The notes under the pieces: model-generated | Told to the model about the DNA's origin: nothing | Seen by the model: the letters and a program-made list of their open reading frames with translations, nothing else | The model's database searches: none | Source of the DNA: a bacterium | Lineage (GTDB): Bacteria; Electryoneota; JAOADG01 | Reading direction: 5' to 3' | Assembly (NCBI GenBank): GCA_963681965.1 | Contig: OY820579.1 | Span: 2,976,001-3,040,000, forward strand | Length of the DNA stretch: 64,000 nucleotides | Position numbers and translations under genes: made by a program | Shown: piece by piece, positions 19,362-29,560 of the stretch | How the letters are laid out: each line of letters begins with the position of its first letter | Numbering within the stretch: position 1 is the first letter of the stretch

Positions 19362-22148
19362 TTACTTTATGATTACAAATTTACCCTGAGTGATCGACCC
19401 GTTGTGTTCCGGAGTTAGATCTTCCACTGAAAACAGATACAAACCTGCCATTACCTGCTGATCGTTGCGGTTCTTCAAGTTCCAATTCTCAGCATAGTCA
19501 TAAGTAGCACCGATATTACGGTCTCCTTCGATATTATGCGGAATGGCAGCCACTAAATCGCCACTGACGGTGAAAATACGAATAAGCGCCTTTCGAGGCA
19601 AATTGTAAAAATAGATCCGCCGGTCTTCTTGCGGGAAGAAATCGGGTGTTCCATCATCGCGATTTTCCCAGGCAAGACCATTTCCATGTGTTTTCGTATA
19701 ATCGACATCGAATCGATAGGGATTCGGCACTACACCGACTTTCCGCATCGATGTATTGTATGAAGGTGCAGTCAATTTCATATTCGAGACTTTTCCAGTC
19801 TCCAGCGACATCGTTCCAGTTTTATAATCACCAAAATCGAATGCAGTCACCGAATAATATCGTGGGATCAATGGTGGAATTCCGTCGACGATGTAATGGT
19901 AACTCGAATCGACCGGATTCCAGAGTTGATACCGCACGCCATTGGATACGTAAGATGCTTCTTTGATACCCCGATTGATATTTACTCGCCGCCAGACATA
20001 GGTTTCACCCTTAATCACTGTATCCGGTTTCGAGCGAATCGTATCGGGCATTGACACCAATGAATCGGTAATTCGATCGTAAAAGGCGTAATCCATTCGG
20101 TCAAATACCGCCAACAACGAGAATTCATTCTCTAAACCGGATTCTGAAACGTAGATTCGGTACCCTTCAAAATCGTGCAATCGCGAAAACGGATCCAGAT
20201 TGATTGAAGTGTCTTCCGATGGGGTCGGTTTCCAAATGATCTCGATCTGATTATTGCGCGATTCGACAGTTATTCGCGGTATCGGCGGCGGCGGCGGACC
20301 CCGGAAATCGTAATCGCCATCACCCGGGTCCAGCATACCATTGTCTTTCATATAATCGAGTCGAGGTGGATACCAAGGGTGCGTATCTTCGGTCAAGCCC
20401 TGTGATGCCCACTCAACATGGTCGGTACTACGTAATGAATCGATGCGACCGTTATTTTCCGTTCCGTCGGGATCCGGGCGAAGATACCGTCCACGCCAAA
20501 TACCTTCAATGACGACACTATCGGTAGGTGTGGTCCAATACAAACCGTCGGAACCGGCATCTTCACCGAACCATCCGTCACCATTCGGATAATTTCGCGT
20601 CTTTGTGTCGTACATCGGATTGTCATATACCCGCGCAGCCCAATCTGCCGCATATTGAATCGTTCCAAAGTTGTAAAGATTTCGATTGAGTCGAGTACAA
20701 GAGATCTGTGCCGAATCCGGATTATGGAATGCCAATCCAGCCACAAAGGCGACTGTCATCGAGAATTTCTCACCGGGATTTAACCGGTAAACTCGGTCAC
20801 CACCCGGTCCAGGTCCATCGTAAATTCCCAATGGTCCCCATGACAACAAGTACCGGGTATCATACCCTTTCGCAATGTCTTCCTTGACTTCATCTTTTGG
20901 CGCTCGCCATTGATGCGCTGGAATGCCGGGATGATCCAGATCGGGTTGCGAATGCGATTGGATATATGTCAGATCGTTTGTTAATACCTGATCGTAATCG
21001 AATTCGCGATTCGACAAAACGTCGTATTTCCGCTCATCGCCCATCGGGGTTCCGAATGTCGATGTCCAAGATTTTGAATCCTGCCATGCTGGTCCAAAAT
21101 CTAAATTTTGGTTATTGTTGGATACCCACCAATTGAAACTGGTTTTGAGACGCGGATTGGGTGCTCGAAGAACGCGAGACCCTAACACATGAGGAACTGT
21201 AAAATCGCTACCGGAACAAACTCCAGGGGGTCGCCCATCGCCATCTGCGATATATGCGACATTCACAACCGAACTGTCATCACTCCCATCAGCCCGCTTG
21301 AAATAATAATATCGTTGAAATCCACAGATATCGTCAGTTTGATACACACCTGGAACTTCTCCGACGCCCCCGACATCACCATCGACATATAGACCAATGT
21401 ATAAGTTTTTTAAATAGTTCGAAGCAATATTTTCAAATTCCCAATCAAAAAAGATAAAGTCTTTCGCATAGGAATATGAAAAAGCATATGATCGTTGCGT
21501 TACTTTAATGCCTAAGGGATAGTGCGGTCCGTCGATCGGATCGGTTGCCACAAAAAACTGATCGGTTAAAGTATCCGAATAAGTCATAATAAAGTCTTGT
21601 TCAGATACCGCTTCCGGTGAGCTTACATAGTCCCCGAGCCGGTTGAAATAATTCTCGCGAGTCGATCGTTCGATAATTCCACCGCGCGATCCTTCCGCTG
21701 GCCAGAGTTCGATAATATTTGTATTGGCAGACGTGCGGACCCATCCATCCGATCCAACCGAAACTCGCGGAAATTCTCGGTTGTCTTTTTGTACCATAGC
21801 ACCAATCCAGAGCGATGCCATGTACATATAAGATTGACCCGATCCAGCCGGATACATTGCCTGAGGTGCATACGTTCCGGGATATTCCGGATCGGTCATA
21901 GCATTCGAATTACGGGTCGAGTAATTACCGATAAACCCATAATTTGTCACATTCATCCAGAGATTGCCGACGCGATGAACGCGATTGTTCACATTCGGAT
22001 TGGCAATTTGAATTTGTGACACCCCTTTTCGAACTGGTCCGCGTTCTTCTTCGATCTCGGCACGTCCAATAGACACCCAGCTAAAGAAGAAAGAACAGAT
22101 CAGAGAAGTACGTAATAATATAAAAAACAATAGTTTCATTATTTTCAT
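19362..22148 (-). CDS. Large secreted protein of unknown function with FN3-like region and PNPY-type C-terminal sorting domain
   Basis: Signal peptide, RVHRVGNLWMNVTNYG, DFEGYRIY, YYSVTAFDFG and CTD VVPNPY...IYFYNLP...IRIFTVSGDLV...GLYLFSVE...GKFVIIK. Confidence 0.75.
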   Translation of the reverse strand: MKIMKLLFFILLRTSLICSFFFSWVSIGRAEIEEERGPVRKGVSQIQIANPNVNNRVHRVGNLWMNVTNYGFIGNYSTRNSNAMTDPEYPGTYAPQAMYPAGSGQSYMYMASLWIGAMVQKDNREFPRVSVGSDGWVRTSANTNIIELWPAEGSRGGIIERSTRENYFNRLGDYVSSPEAVSEQDFIMTYSDTLTDQFFVATDPIDGPHYPLGIKVTQRSYAFSYSYAKDFIFFDWEFENIASNYLKNLYIGLYVDGDVGGVGEVPGVYQTDDICGFQRYYYFKRADGSDDSSVVNVAYIADGDGRPPGVCSGSDFTVPHVLGSRVLRAPNPRLKTSFNWWVSNNNQNLDFGPAWQDSKSWTSTFGTPMGDERKYDVLSNREFDYDQVLTNDLTYIQSHSQPDLDHPGIPAHQWRAPKDEVKEDIAKGYDTRYLLSWGPLGIYDGPGPGGDRVYRLNPGEKFSMTVAFVAGLAFHNPDSAQISCTRLNRNLYNFGTIQYAADWAARVYDNPMYDTKTRNYPNGDGWFGEDAGSDGLYWTTPTDSVVIEGIWRGRYLRPDPDGTENNGRIDSLRSTDHVEWASQGLTEDTHPWYPPRLDYMKDNGMLDPGDGDYDFRGPPPPPIPRITVESRNNQIEIIWKPTPSEDTSINLDPFSRLHDFEGYRIYVSESGLENEFSLLAVFDRMDYAFYDRITDSLVSMPDTIRSKPDTVIKGETYVWRRVNINRGIKEASYVSNGVRYQLWNPVDSSYHYIVDGIPPLIPRYYSVTAFDFGDYKTGTMSLETGKVSNMKLTAPSYNTSMRKVGVVPNPYRFDVDYTKTHGNGLAWENRDDGTPDFFPQEDRRIYFYNLPRKALIRIFTVSGDLVAAIPHNIEGDRNIGATYDYAENWNLKNRNDQQVMAGLYLFSVEDLTPEHNGSITQGKFVIIK

Positions 22149-22556
22149 AAATTATTCCATACGTAGGATGATTTCGACCATTATGCAGGAAAATTGGTAA
22201 TTAACAAACTTCAATAACCCACTTCTGAGAGCAACCCGACTATATCATGCCTCAAAATCTCATCGCTATCATTCAATAATTCGATGGATAGCGGAAAAAA
22301 CTGTTAGACGCGACTTAACACTTGATGCAACTTATGAGAATTTCTACGTATTTATCTATGATGGATAGTTGCATACCAGTTCAAATGAGAGCTTTTCAAA
22401 CTGTTCAAGGTAATGAAACCGTTTATACCAGACAAGCTGAAGGATCAATCTTGCAATGAATGTTGCGAGCTAGCTAGTGTCTGCAAGTGATACACTTTGG
22501 AATCCAATTAACTGGTGATTATCTTTATCAGATATTATTTCTAACCGGAGGTGAGA

Positions 22557-22868
22557 ATGAAGAAGTATTTAACTATGATCTGCCTACTGGCACTAACGGT
22601 GGCGTTCAGTGGTTGTGGAAATCAGGGAACCGAGCGAAAGATTCAGGAAGCCAACGATTTGATCACTCAAGCGGTCAACGAAGGCGCAGAGCTACATGCT
22701 CAGATTCCATTGCAGAAAGCGCGCGAAAGTATCGATCTCGCGAAACAACTTCTCAAAGAGAACAAAACTGACTCGGCACTGACAGTTTCCGCTCTTGCAG
22801 CCGAAGCAGCCCGCGAAGCACTTACTACAACCCGGGAAAATAATTCAATTCCTCATGACGGAAATTGA
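22557..22868 (+). CDS. Small helical lipoprotein (DUF4398-like)
   Basis: GGAGG RBS, MKKYL...AFSGC lipobox and an Ala-rich helical body. Confidence 0.7.
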   Translation: MKKYLTMICLLALTVAFSGCGNQGTERKIQEANDLITQAVNEGAELHAQIPLQKARESIDLAKQLLKENKTDSALTVSALAAEAAREALTTTRENNSIPHDGN

Positions 22869-24189
22869 TACCTCAACAATGTATGCTTCTTCGAAGCGAC
22901 CGCTCAAGAAGTTGAGCGGTCGTTTTTCTCTTCCTCCACGGAAAACTCTTCGTGGAGCATTTTATCGTTTGATTTGGGAAGGTTCGTTCGCGCAGGCATT
23001 CATGGTGATGACCAGTGGCGGCTTGCTTATAGGTCTCGCGAAGTATCTTGGTGCGGCAAATTGGGAAGTGTCCCTGCTGAATGCGATGAATTTTTTGGTA
23101 ATGCCCTTCCAATCCATTCTCGGCATCCATATCAATAAACCCTCTATTCGAAAAAACATCGTAATTATCACGGCAATCATTTCGCGGTCGATCTGGCTCG
23201 CACCGATGGCACTCGTCTGGTGGAAACCCAATCACGCGATCATCCTGTTGCTCCTGTTTGTCTTCGTCCAGAATGTGAGCTTCACAATCAGCACACTGTG
23301 TTGGATGTCGTGGGTGGGTGATATAGTCCATCGGGATTGGCGTGGTCGCTTTTTCGGAATCCGTCAGCGAGCTGCATCGACAGCTTCTGTTATCTTTCTG
23401 ATGAGTGCGGGTTACTTACTCGATAAGTATCGAGAAGTGGGTCGAGAAGATATCGGTCATGTTGTATTAGGTGCGATTGCTGTCGTAATGGGAACGATTT
23501 CTACGGTTTTATTGAGTACAATTCCCCGGACAATTCATCACAGCAAACATATTGAAGAACATGATGTTAGTAAAGTAAAACCGTGGAAGGATCCAGCATA
23601 TCGGAAAGTCATGATCGGAATTGCCGGATGGTATTTTGCCGTCGGTTTTGCAGGTCCGTATTGGGCGGTTCATATGCTGACCCATCTAAAGTTCGACTAT
23701 ATCATGCTGGTTGGATACGGAGCCGGTTTTACCGTCACGATGGCGATTGTTTCACCGTATGCCGGTCGGTGGATCGATAAGTTCGGTGATTTTGGGCTTA
23801 CTACTGCAGGAATGATTTGTCTATCGACCGTACCGATTTATTGGCTGTTCATCACTCCCAGTTTTCCCTATCCGATTATTCCAGAGATTATTATTACGGC
23901 GTTCGGATGGAGTGCCGTACAAATCACTTCTTCCACAATTCCGCTACGGTTTTCGACACCGCATACTCGCAATAAATATATCGCCTCGCTATCTATGGCT
24001 ACCGGTATCGGTTTTACTACCGGTGCTGTTATTGGTGGTCCACTGATGGATCTCTGGGATTCCGCGCGCGGAACGCTGTTTGGATTGCCACTGTACCCCA
24101 CGCATTTCGCTTTCGCAATTACTGGTCTTTTGAGATGGGTAATTGCTGTATATTTCTACCGCCTACAAAAACGCGATTACGCACGATAA
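22855..24189 (+). CDS. MFS transporter
   Basis: About 12 hydrophobic segments, WMSWVGDIV..DWRGRFFG and GRWIDKFG motifs. Confidence 0.85.
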   Translation: MTEIDTSTMYASSKRPLKKLSGRFSLPPRKTLRGAFYRLIWEGSFAQAFMVMTSGGLLIGLAKYLGAANWEVSLLNAMNFLVMPFQSILGIHINKPSIRKNIVIITAIISRSIWLAPMALVWWKPNHAIILLLLFVFVQNVSFTISTLCWMSWVGDIVHRDWRGRFFGIRQRAASTASVIFLMSAGYLLDKYREVGREDIGHVVLGAIAVVMGTISTVLLSTIPRTIHHSKHIEEHDVSKVKPWKDPAYRKVMIGIAGWYFAVGFAGPYWAVHMLTHLKFDYIMLVGYGAGFTVTMAIVSPYAGRWIDKFGDFGLTTAGMICLSTVPIYWLFITPSFPYPIIPEIIITAFGWSAVQITSSTIPLRFSTPHTRNKYIASLSMATGIGFTTGAVIGGPLMDLWDSARGTLFGLPLYPTHFAFAITGLLRWVIAVYFYRLQKRDYAR

Positions 24190-24263
24190 TCAGTTAGATA
24201 TAAATTCTTATTTCCTACTTTTCGCTTCATTACTCTCGAATCTTCATTTACATTTAGTCTACT

Positions 24264-24914
24264 ATGGATCAATCAATGTTTGTCGCCGAATCAATTCGAT
24301 CAAATGGTTTTCCCGATAACGGAAAACCGATCTTGAATGGCATCTCATTGACTATTCGATCGGGCGAATGGTGGCAAATTGTCGGCGAATCCGGGGTGGG
24401 AAAAACGCTGTTCCTGAGGTGTCTTGCCGGACTCATCCCATCACAAGGTAAACTGCTGCTCCATAATCGAAGTATCACTGATTACCCGTTACCGGAATGG
24501 CGAAGACACGTTTTGTTCATCGGTTCGAAACCGATTCCTTTCGCCGATACAATCCAAGATACAATGACGCTCCCATTTCATTGGCGTCATCTTTCAGCAC
24601 CGGACAACGACCATCTTCGACGGACTTTGCATTCGGTAGGTTTGACTTTTGCGATGGATTATTCGACTAAATCGCTCTCAGATGGTGAGCGAGTCCGATT
24701 GGCAATCGCATCGGCAATACTTCTTGCACCTGACATATTGCTGCTGGACGAATCACTCGCTCCGTTAGATCGCAGTAATGCCGATTTAGTGATATCCACG
24801 ATACTTTCCTTATCTACCCAACAAGGCACTGGGATTATATGGGTCGATCACGGCGATCGACTTACTTCCGATCACCCAATTTCGAAACTTGAAATTAAGA
24901 AAAATGAACGTTAA
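24264..24914 (+). CDS. ABC transporter ATP-binding protein (FetA/YbbL-like)
   Basis: Walker A GESGVGKT, signature LSDGE, Walker B LLLDE and H-loop WVDH. It is adjacent to a FetB-like permease. Confidence 0.8.
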   Translation: MDQSMFVAESIRSNGFPDNGKPILNGISLTIRSGEWWQIVGESGVGKTLFLRCLAGLIPSQGKLLLHNRSITDYPLPEWRRHVLFIGSKPIPFADTIQDTMTLPFHWRHLSAPDNDHLRRTLHSVGLTFAMDYSTKSLSDGERVRLAIASAILLAPDILLLDESLAPLDRSNADLVISTILSLSTQQGTGIIWVDHGDRLTSDHPISKLEIKKNER

Positions 24915-25719
24915 CCCGGCATCTCCTACTCCCTATTTTCCGCTTTCTTTACTCGATCTGAGTATCGGCTGTGGGATGATGTTGTTCATTGCTTTTTTGG
25001 CGTGGCGCGGTCGCTACGGGATTGCTAAGACACTACTCTGGGGTGCTGTGCGAGCAGCAGTTCAGCTTCTTGCCGTCGGATATGTTCTAATGTGGTTGTT
25101 CTCGGTGAATTATTTCACTGTGATCTTCGGCGTGTTAATGATTCAATCCTTTGTTGCAGCGTGGCAATCGTCACGTCGTCCGAAAGTAGTTCTGGCTCAT
25201 TTACCATTGTATCTCTGGGTTGCCATCACTGGATCTTCTTTCCTCTTTTTGTTTATTGCATTTGTTTTTGTGATTCAACCTGATCCGTTATGGAAAGGGC
25301 AGATTGTTATCCCGATCGGTGGAATGGTGATCGGTAATGCTCTGAATGCTGTGGCGTTAAGTGTCGATCGACTAGCTGCCGAGTATCGCTCGCGGAGGGA
25401 TTGGATCGAGGCAGCTTTGGCGTTTGGTGCTTCTCCGCGGGAAGCTTCCTTTGAACCCCGCCGCGATGCATTACACGCCGCTGTTGCACCATCGATGAAT
25501 CAACTTTTTGTAGTGGGTATTGTTCAGCTACCGGGGATGATGACGGGTCAAATCATAGGTGGCGTACCACCGACCGAAGCCGTTCGATACCAGATTTTAA
25601 TCATGTATCTCATTACCGCAGGCTGTTTTGGCGGTGCTTGGATTGCGGAACGGCTGATTTGGCGAAAACTCGGATCGGCTGTTGGTGTATTGCTGGAAGA
25701 ACGATCTCAAAACCGCTAA
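24904..25719 (+). CDS. fetB: ABC permease FetB/YbbM (UPF0014) family
   Basis: RAAVQLLAVGYVL, IPIGGMVIGNA, VGIVQLPGMMTGQI and AVRYQI motifs. Confidence 0.85.
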   Translation: MNVNPASPTPYFPLSLLDLSIGCGMMLFIAFLAWRGRYGIAKTLLWGAVRAAVQLLAVGYVLMWLFSVNYFTVIFGVLMIQSFVAAWQSSRRPKVVLAHLPLYLWVAITGSSFLFLFIAFVFVIQPDPLWKGQIVIPIGGMVIGNALNAVALSVDRLAAEYRSRRDWIEAALAFGASPREASFEPRRDALHAAVAPSMNQLFVVGIVQLPGMMTGQIIGGVPPTEAVRYQILIMYLITAGCFGGAWIAERLIWRKLGSAVGVLLEERSQNR

Positions 25720-25733
25720 CTACTTCTCCTGCA

Positions 25734-26648
25734 TTAAAAATCCATGTATCCCAAATGACGCAACGCAAGATATCCAGCTCCGACGACACCCGCTGAATCC
25801 CCCATTTGGGCTTTCAATATTGGAATTGAACCTCTTGGAACGCCAAAAAGCGATTTCTTCAATAAATCCGGCACTCGTTCGTACCAGATCGGAAGATTGG
25901 ATACTCCACCACCTAGCACAATTGCCTCGAGATCGAACGAATTGATCACATTGGCAAAGACTTCCGCCATGATCTGGCAGCTTTCATCGAAAAGCTTTAC
26001 AGCAGCAGGATCGTTTTGGTCGAACCGTCGATAGATCTCGACAACATCACAATCCTCACCAGTCGCCTCGGTATACCTTCGCTGAAGACTCGATCCTGAA
26101 AGATATGCCTCGGCACAACCCCGACGACCGCACTCGCAAAGCCGCCCATTATAATCGATTGTGGTGTGTCCAAATTCACCCGCTCCCCCCTTGGCACCGC
26201 GATATAGCGACCCATTCTGAATAATTCCAAATCCCATTCCCGTACCAAGAATTACTGCCAGTACGAATTTGTATTGTTCTTTCGGGAGAGCAAAGTATTC
26301 GGCAAGTGCTAGACAATTTGCATCGTTTTCTACAATCAACGGTACATTCAATTTGGATTGTAAGGAACTGATAAATCCAATCGTCTCATAAACAGGAGTG
26401 TGCGGAGACCCAAATAGCTGATCTTCAGTTAAAAGATATGTTCCGGGAGTGCCAATGCCGACAGCATGAATAGTATTACCATCGGAAACTTGTCGAACGG
26501 TTTCAAGGATATTCCTGATGACACATTCCAAGCCTTTTTCCGGTTGTGAGAAGGTGCGATAACGCTTGTATACTTTTCGGTCTGCATCCAGTAGACAAGC
26601 TTCAACCTTCGTCCCGCCAAGATCGATTCCGATAACATATTTCGGCAT
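25734..26648 (-). CDS. ROK family sugar kinase
   Basis: IGIDLGGTK, ENDANCLALAE, LGTGMG, GEFGH and CECGRRGCAE. No HTH domain. Confidence 0.92.
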   Translation of the reverse strand: MPKYVIGIDLGGTKVEACLLDADRKVYKRYRTFSQPEKGLECVIRNILETVRQVSDGNTIHAVGIGTPGTYLLTEDQLFGSPHTPVYETIGFISSLQSKLNVPLIVENDANCLALAEYFALPKEQYKFVLAVILGTGMGFGIIQNGSLYRGAKGGAGEFGHTTIDYNGRLCECGRRGCAEAYLSGSSLQRRYTEATGEDCDVVEIYRRFDQNDPAAVKLFDESCQIMAEVFANVINSFDLEAIVLGGGVSNLPIWYERVPDLLKKSLFGVPRGSIPILKAQMGDSAGVVGAGYLALRHLGYMDF

Positions 26649-26667
26649 TTTATGCTCTGGGTTAGAA

Positions 26668-26716
26668 TAAAAAAGCCTTCGGATACGTAATCAATGGAAA
26701 ACGTTTCCGAAGGCTT
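26668..26716 (-). terminator. Terminator-like hairpin between the DUF3098 and ROK genes
   Basis: AAGCCTTCGGA.ACGT...ACGT.TCCGAAGGCTT followed on the minus strand by a T run. Confidence 0.65.
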
Positions 26717-26760
26717 CACAGTATAATTATTGGACACTCGATCAGTGCCAAAATAGATTC

Positions 26761-27006
26761 CTACTTGTCTTGATTGGGCGCTTTTTCTGGCTCAGGTTTG
26801 ATCGAAAGACCAATCGGTACAAATACGATATAGCCCAGTGCCAGTAGGAGCGGTGCAACCGTTACCGACAGCGGATTATCGGCCGGTCCCTGAATCAGCG
26901 CCAGATATCCCAACACGATAAATATTCCAGCAATCCCCAACCATTTCCAGTTCCGGTGCCCTAAAGCAGGATGCTCAATTCGAATGTTCTTTTTGATTTT
27001 TGCCAT
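26761..27006 (-). CDS. Small two-TM membrane protein (DUF3098-like)
   Basis: NWKWLGIAGIFIVLGY...SVTVAPLLLALGY...PIG pattern and GAGGG RBS. Confidence 0.7.
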   Translation of the reverse strand: MAKIKKNIRIEHPALGHRNWKWLGIAGIFIVLGYLALIQGPADNPLSVTVAPLLLALGYIVFVPIGLSIKPEPEKAPNQDK

Positions 27007-27154
27007 ATTTCCCTCAGTGTCACCTATTGTACGAACTTTTAACGCGAACTGTCAAGTACCTGTTCCCTTTGTCCCCGATCACAGAAAAACCGTAAAAATA
27101 ATTGTATATCAGGCGATTCTGTGGTAATTTGCACTCTTGTAAAAGGAGAATGCA

Positions 27155-29008
27155 ATGGATGCACCCAAATCGATGCGACATATTCGAGACGATCTGTTGG
27201 GGAAATTGGATCAATTAGGTTTGGATCACCCCGGTATCGCTCACGAATTGTCACTTATCCGCGAAGATATCGAACATTTCACGACTTCTCAAATCGAACA
27301 GGGACAGCGATTAGCCAAGATTGGCGCGGCGCTGGGTGCAGAACGCGATATTAAAGCATTGCTCGAAATGATATTGCTTGAAGCGATGCGATTGAATAGC
27401 GCCGATGGTGGAACCTTCTACGCAGTAAAAACCGATTCAAAAGGAAATCCCATTTCACTCGAATGGATGCTGACCCGGAACGGAACGTTAAAGACATGGA
27501 TGGGTGGAACAAGTGGTATCCCCATCCCCTTCCCGGAAATCCCCTTGTTTGTCAATGGAAGTGAGAATCACAGCAATGTGAGTGCGCATGTTGCACTCTC
27601 CGGTGAAACGATTAACCTCCCCGATGTTTATGAAGCAGAAGGATTTGATTTTCAGGGACCGCGTGCATTTGACGCCAAGGTGGGATATCGAACTAAATCG
27701 ATGTTGGTTTTTCCGCTTCGCAATCACGAGAATGAAATTGTTGCAGTAATGCAATTGATCAATGTGATCGATGGTAGTGGAAATATTTATCCCTTCGCTA
27801 GCGACAATCAATTGGTCACTTTATCGCTTGCCACACAAGCGGCAGTGGCGTTGACGAATGCAAAACTGATTATATCTCTTGAAAACTTGTTCGATGCCTT
27901 CATCAAAGCGATTGCGCAATCGATTGACGCCAAGGACGATGTTACTGGTGGTCATATTCAACGAGTTGCCGAATTAACGATGATGATCGCCCGAGCGATC
28001 AATGAGACCAATGATGGACCGTTTGCCAATATTTATTTCTCGCAGGACGAGTTACGCGAATTATCGATCGCGGCATGGCTTCACGACACCGGAAAAATTA
28101 CCACTCCGGAAACCGTTATGTTTAAATCGACCAAGCTCGAAGCGTTTGTCGATCGCGTTGATAATGTAAAAATGCGGTTCGAACTAGCTCGGTGTATGAT
28201 GCAAATCGAGGCTTTCCGAAAGAAAATCGAACAAATCGTACCCAACCCCGAACAGAAGCAAAATTGGGAAGAAATCGACCGAAGCTTAACCGAATTTCTC
28301 ACGCAAAATCGCGATGACTGGCACCTAATTGAACGCTTCAACGTCGGTGCCGAATTTTTGAAACCGGAAATTGCCGATCGCATCAAAGCGATTGCTGCAA
28401 CTAGTTTCGAACTTTCTGAAGAACTGGCATTAAACCGCGAAACGCCGTATTTCGGCTACCTCTCGCGCAAAACCTGGGAAGCCAAACAAGAGAAGTGCGG
28501 ACCACGCGAAGAAAAAGATCTTCCCATCGATCCTTCACAACGCAATTTATTAACAGCGAATGAATTGCTGAATATGTTGATTGCACGCGGAACAATCAAC
28601 GATGAAGAACGTACTAAGATGGAAGATCATGTCGTGCAGACGATCAAGATTCTCGAGAAACTGCCATTCCCGCGAAAAATGCAGAATGTCCCGGAATATG
28701 CCGGTGGTCACCACGAATTCCTTAATGGCAAGGGTTATCCAAAGCATTTGAATAGGGAGAATCTCCCGATACAGTCGAAGATAATGGCAGTCGCCGATAT
28801 CTTCGAGGCGCTGTCCGCTGCCGATCGCCCCTATAAGAAGGCGAAACCATTAAGCGAGACCTTGAAAATTATGGGATTCATGGTCAAGGATGGGTGTATC
28901 GACAATGATATTGTGAATGTCTTTCTTCACACCGGTACGATGGCAAAATATGCAAAGGAATTTATCGATCAGAAGCAAATCGATATCGAACTGAACGAAC
29001 CACAATGA
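27155..29008 (+). CDS. GAF + HD-GYP phosphodiesterase
   Basis: GAF motifs ADGGTFY...GYRTKSMLVFPL...VMQLIN, then HIQRV, WLHDTGKI, HHEFLNGKGYP and ADIFEAL...RPYKKA. AGGAG RBS. Confidence 0.92.
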   Translation: MDAPKSMRHIRDDLLGKLDQLGLDHPGIAHELSLIREDIEHFTTSQIEQGQRLAKIGAALGAERDIKALLEMILLEAMRLNSADGGTFYAVKTDSKGNPISLEWMLTRNGTLKTWMGGTSGIPIPFPEIPLFVNGSENHSNVSAHVALSGETINLPDVYEAEGFDFQGPRAFDAKVGYRTKSMLVFPLRNHENEIVAVMQLINVIDGSGNIYPFASDNQLVTLSLATQAAVALTNAKLIISLENLFDAFIKAIAQSIDAKDDVTGGHIQRVAELTMMIARAINETNDGPFANIYFSQDELRELSIAAWLHDTGKITTPETVMFKSTKLEAFVDRVDNVKMRFELARCMMQIEAFRKKIEQIVPNPEQKQNWEEIDRSLTEFLTQNRDDWHLIERFNVGAEFLKPEIADRIKAIAATSFELSEELALNRETPYFGYLSRKTWEAKQEKCGPREEKDLPIDPSQRNLLTANELLNMLIARGTINDEERTKMEDHVVQTIKILEKLPFPRKMQNVPEYAGGHHEFLNGKGYPKHLNRENLPIQSKIMAVADIFEALSAADRPYKKAKPLSETLKIMGFMVKDGCIDNDIVNVFLHTGTMAKYAKEFIDQKQIDIELNEPQ

Positions 29009-29481
29009 AGTCTGAAATGAGAAGAAATTCTTTCATTCTCGCCATCATAATGCTGTTTCTTATCGCATCGTGTGCGAATCGCAAACCATTGAGTACGGCA
29101 ACTACCGGTTCATCCGCGATCGACTCATCTTACGCAAAAATTGATTTAGTAAAGTCGAATGCGTGGATCAATTTGATGCCTTCGACGACCCCAATAAAGC
29201 GAAATATCAGAGTAACAGCCAGCTTTCGTTTTACTGGCTCTGGACGCGCTTATCTTCCTAATTTGAAATACTATTTGGGTGGAAGCGAGATACTTGTTGA
29301 AGAAGCTGTAAATAACTGGAAAGATAGTACAGATTTTTCTTTACATCCCGATGAAGTCAAAATGCTCGACCTGCGCGTCTTATGCCCCGATCGATCGGCA
29401 GATTCTATTCGGATTGAATGGTATGATTGTCGATCAAAATCGCTTAAAAGCAATAAACTGCGAATTACTAAAGCGTACTAA
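29005..29481 (+). CDS. Hypothetical lipoprotein
   Basis: LIASC lipobox and ATGA overlap with the upstream stop. Confidence 0.6.
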   Translation: MKSEMRRNSFILAIIMLFLIASCANRKPLSTATTGSSAIDSSYAKIDLVKSNAWINLMPSTTPIKRNIRVTASFRFTGSGRAYLPNLKYYLGGSEILVEEAVNNWKDSTDFSLHPDEVKMLDLRVLCPDRSADSIRIEWYDCRSKSLKSNKLRITKAY

Positions 29482-29508
29482 TTCTTGTCCCTGCTAAACC
29501 TAAAACTA

Positions 29509-29537
29509 GAAAGCGCGGTATTCAATACCGCGCTTTC
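29509..29537. terminator. Hairpin between convergent genes
   Basis: GAAAGCGCGGTATT-C-AATACCGCGCTTTC perfect inverted repeat. Confidence 0.75.
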
Positions 29538-29560
29538 AGGTCAATCATTGGCAGTAGTTC

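Noticed and set aside
22149-22556. Structured RNA in the divergent intergenic region (CGCTATC/GATAGCG and ATGCAACT/AGTTGCAT arms)
   Set aside because: Only short inverted repeats with long loops, matching no motif I recognise, including c-di-GMP riboswitches.
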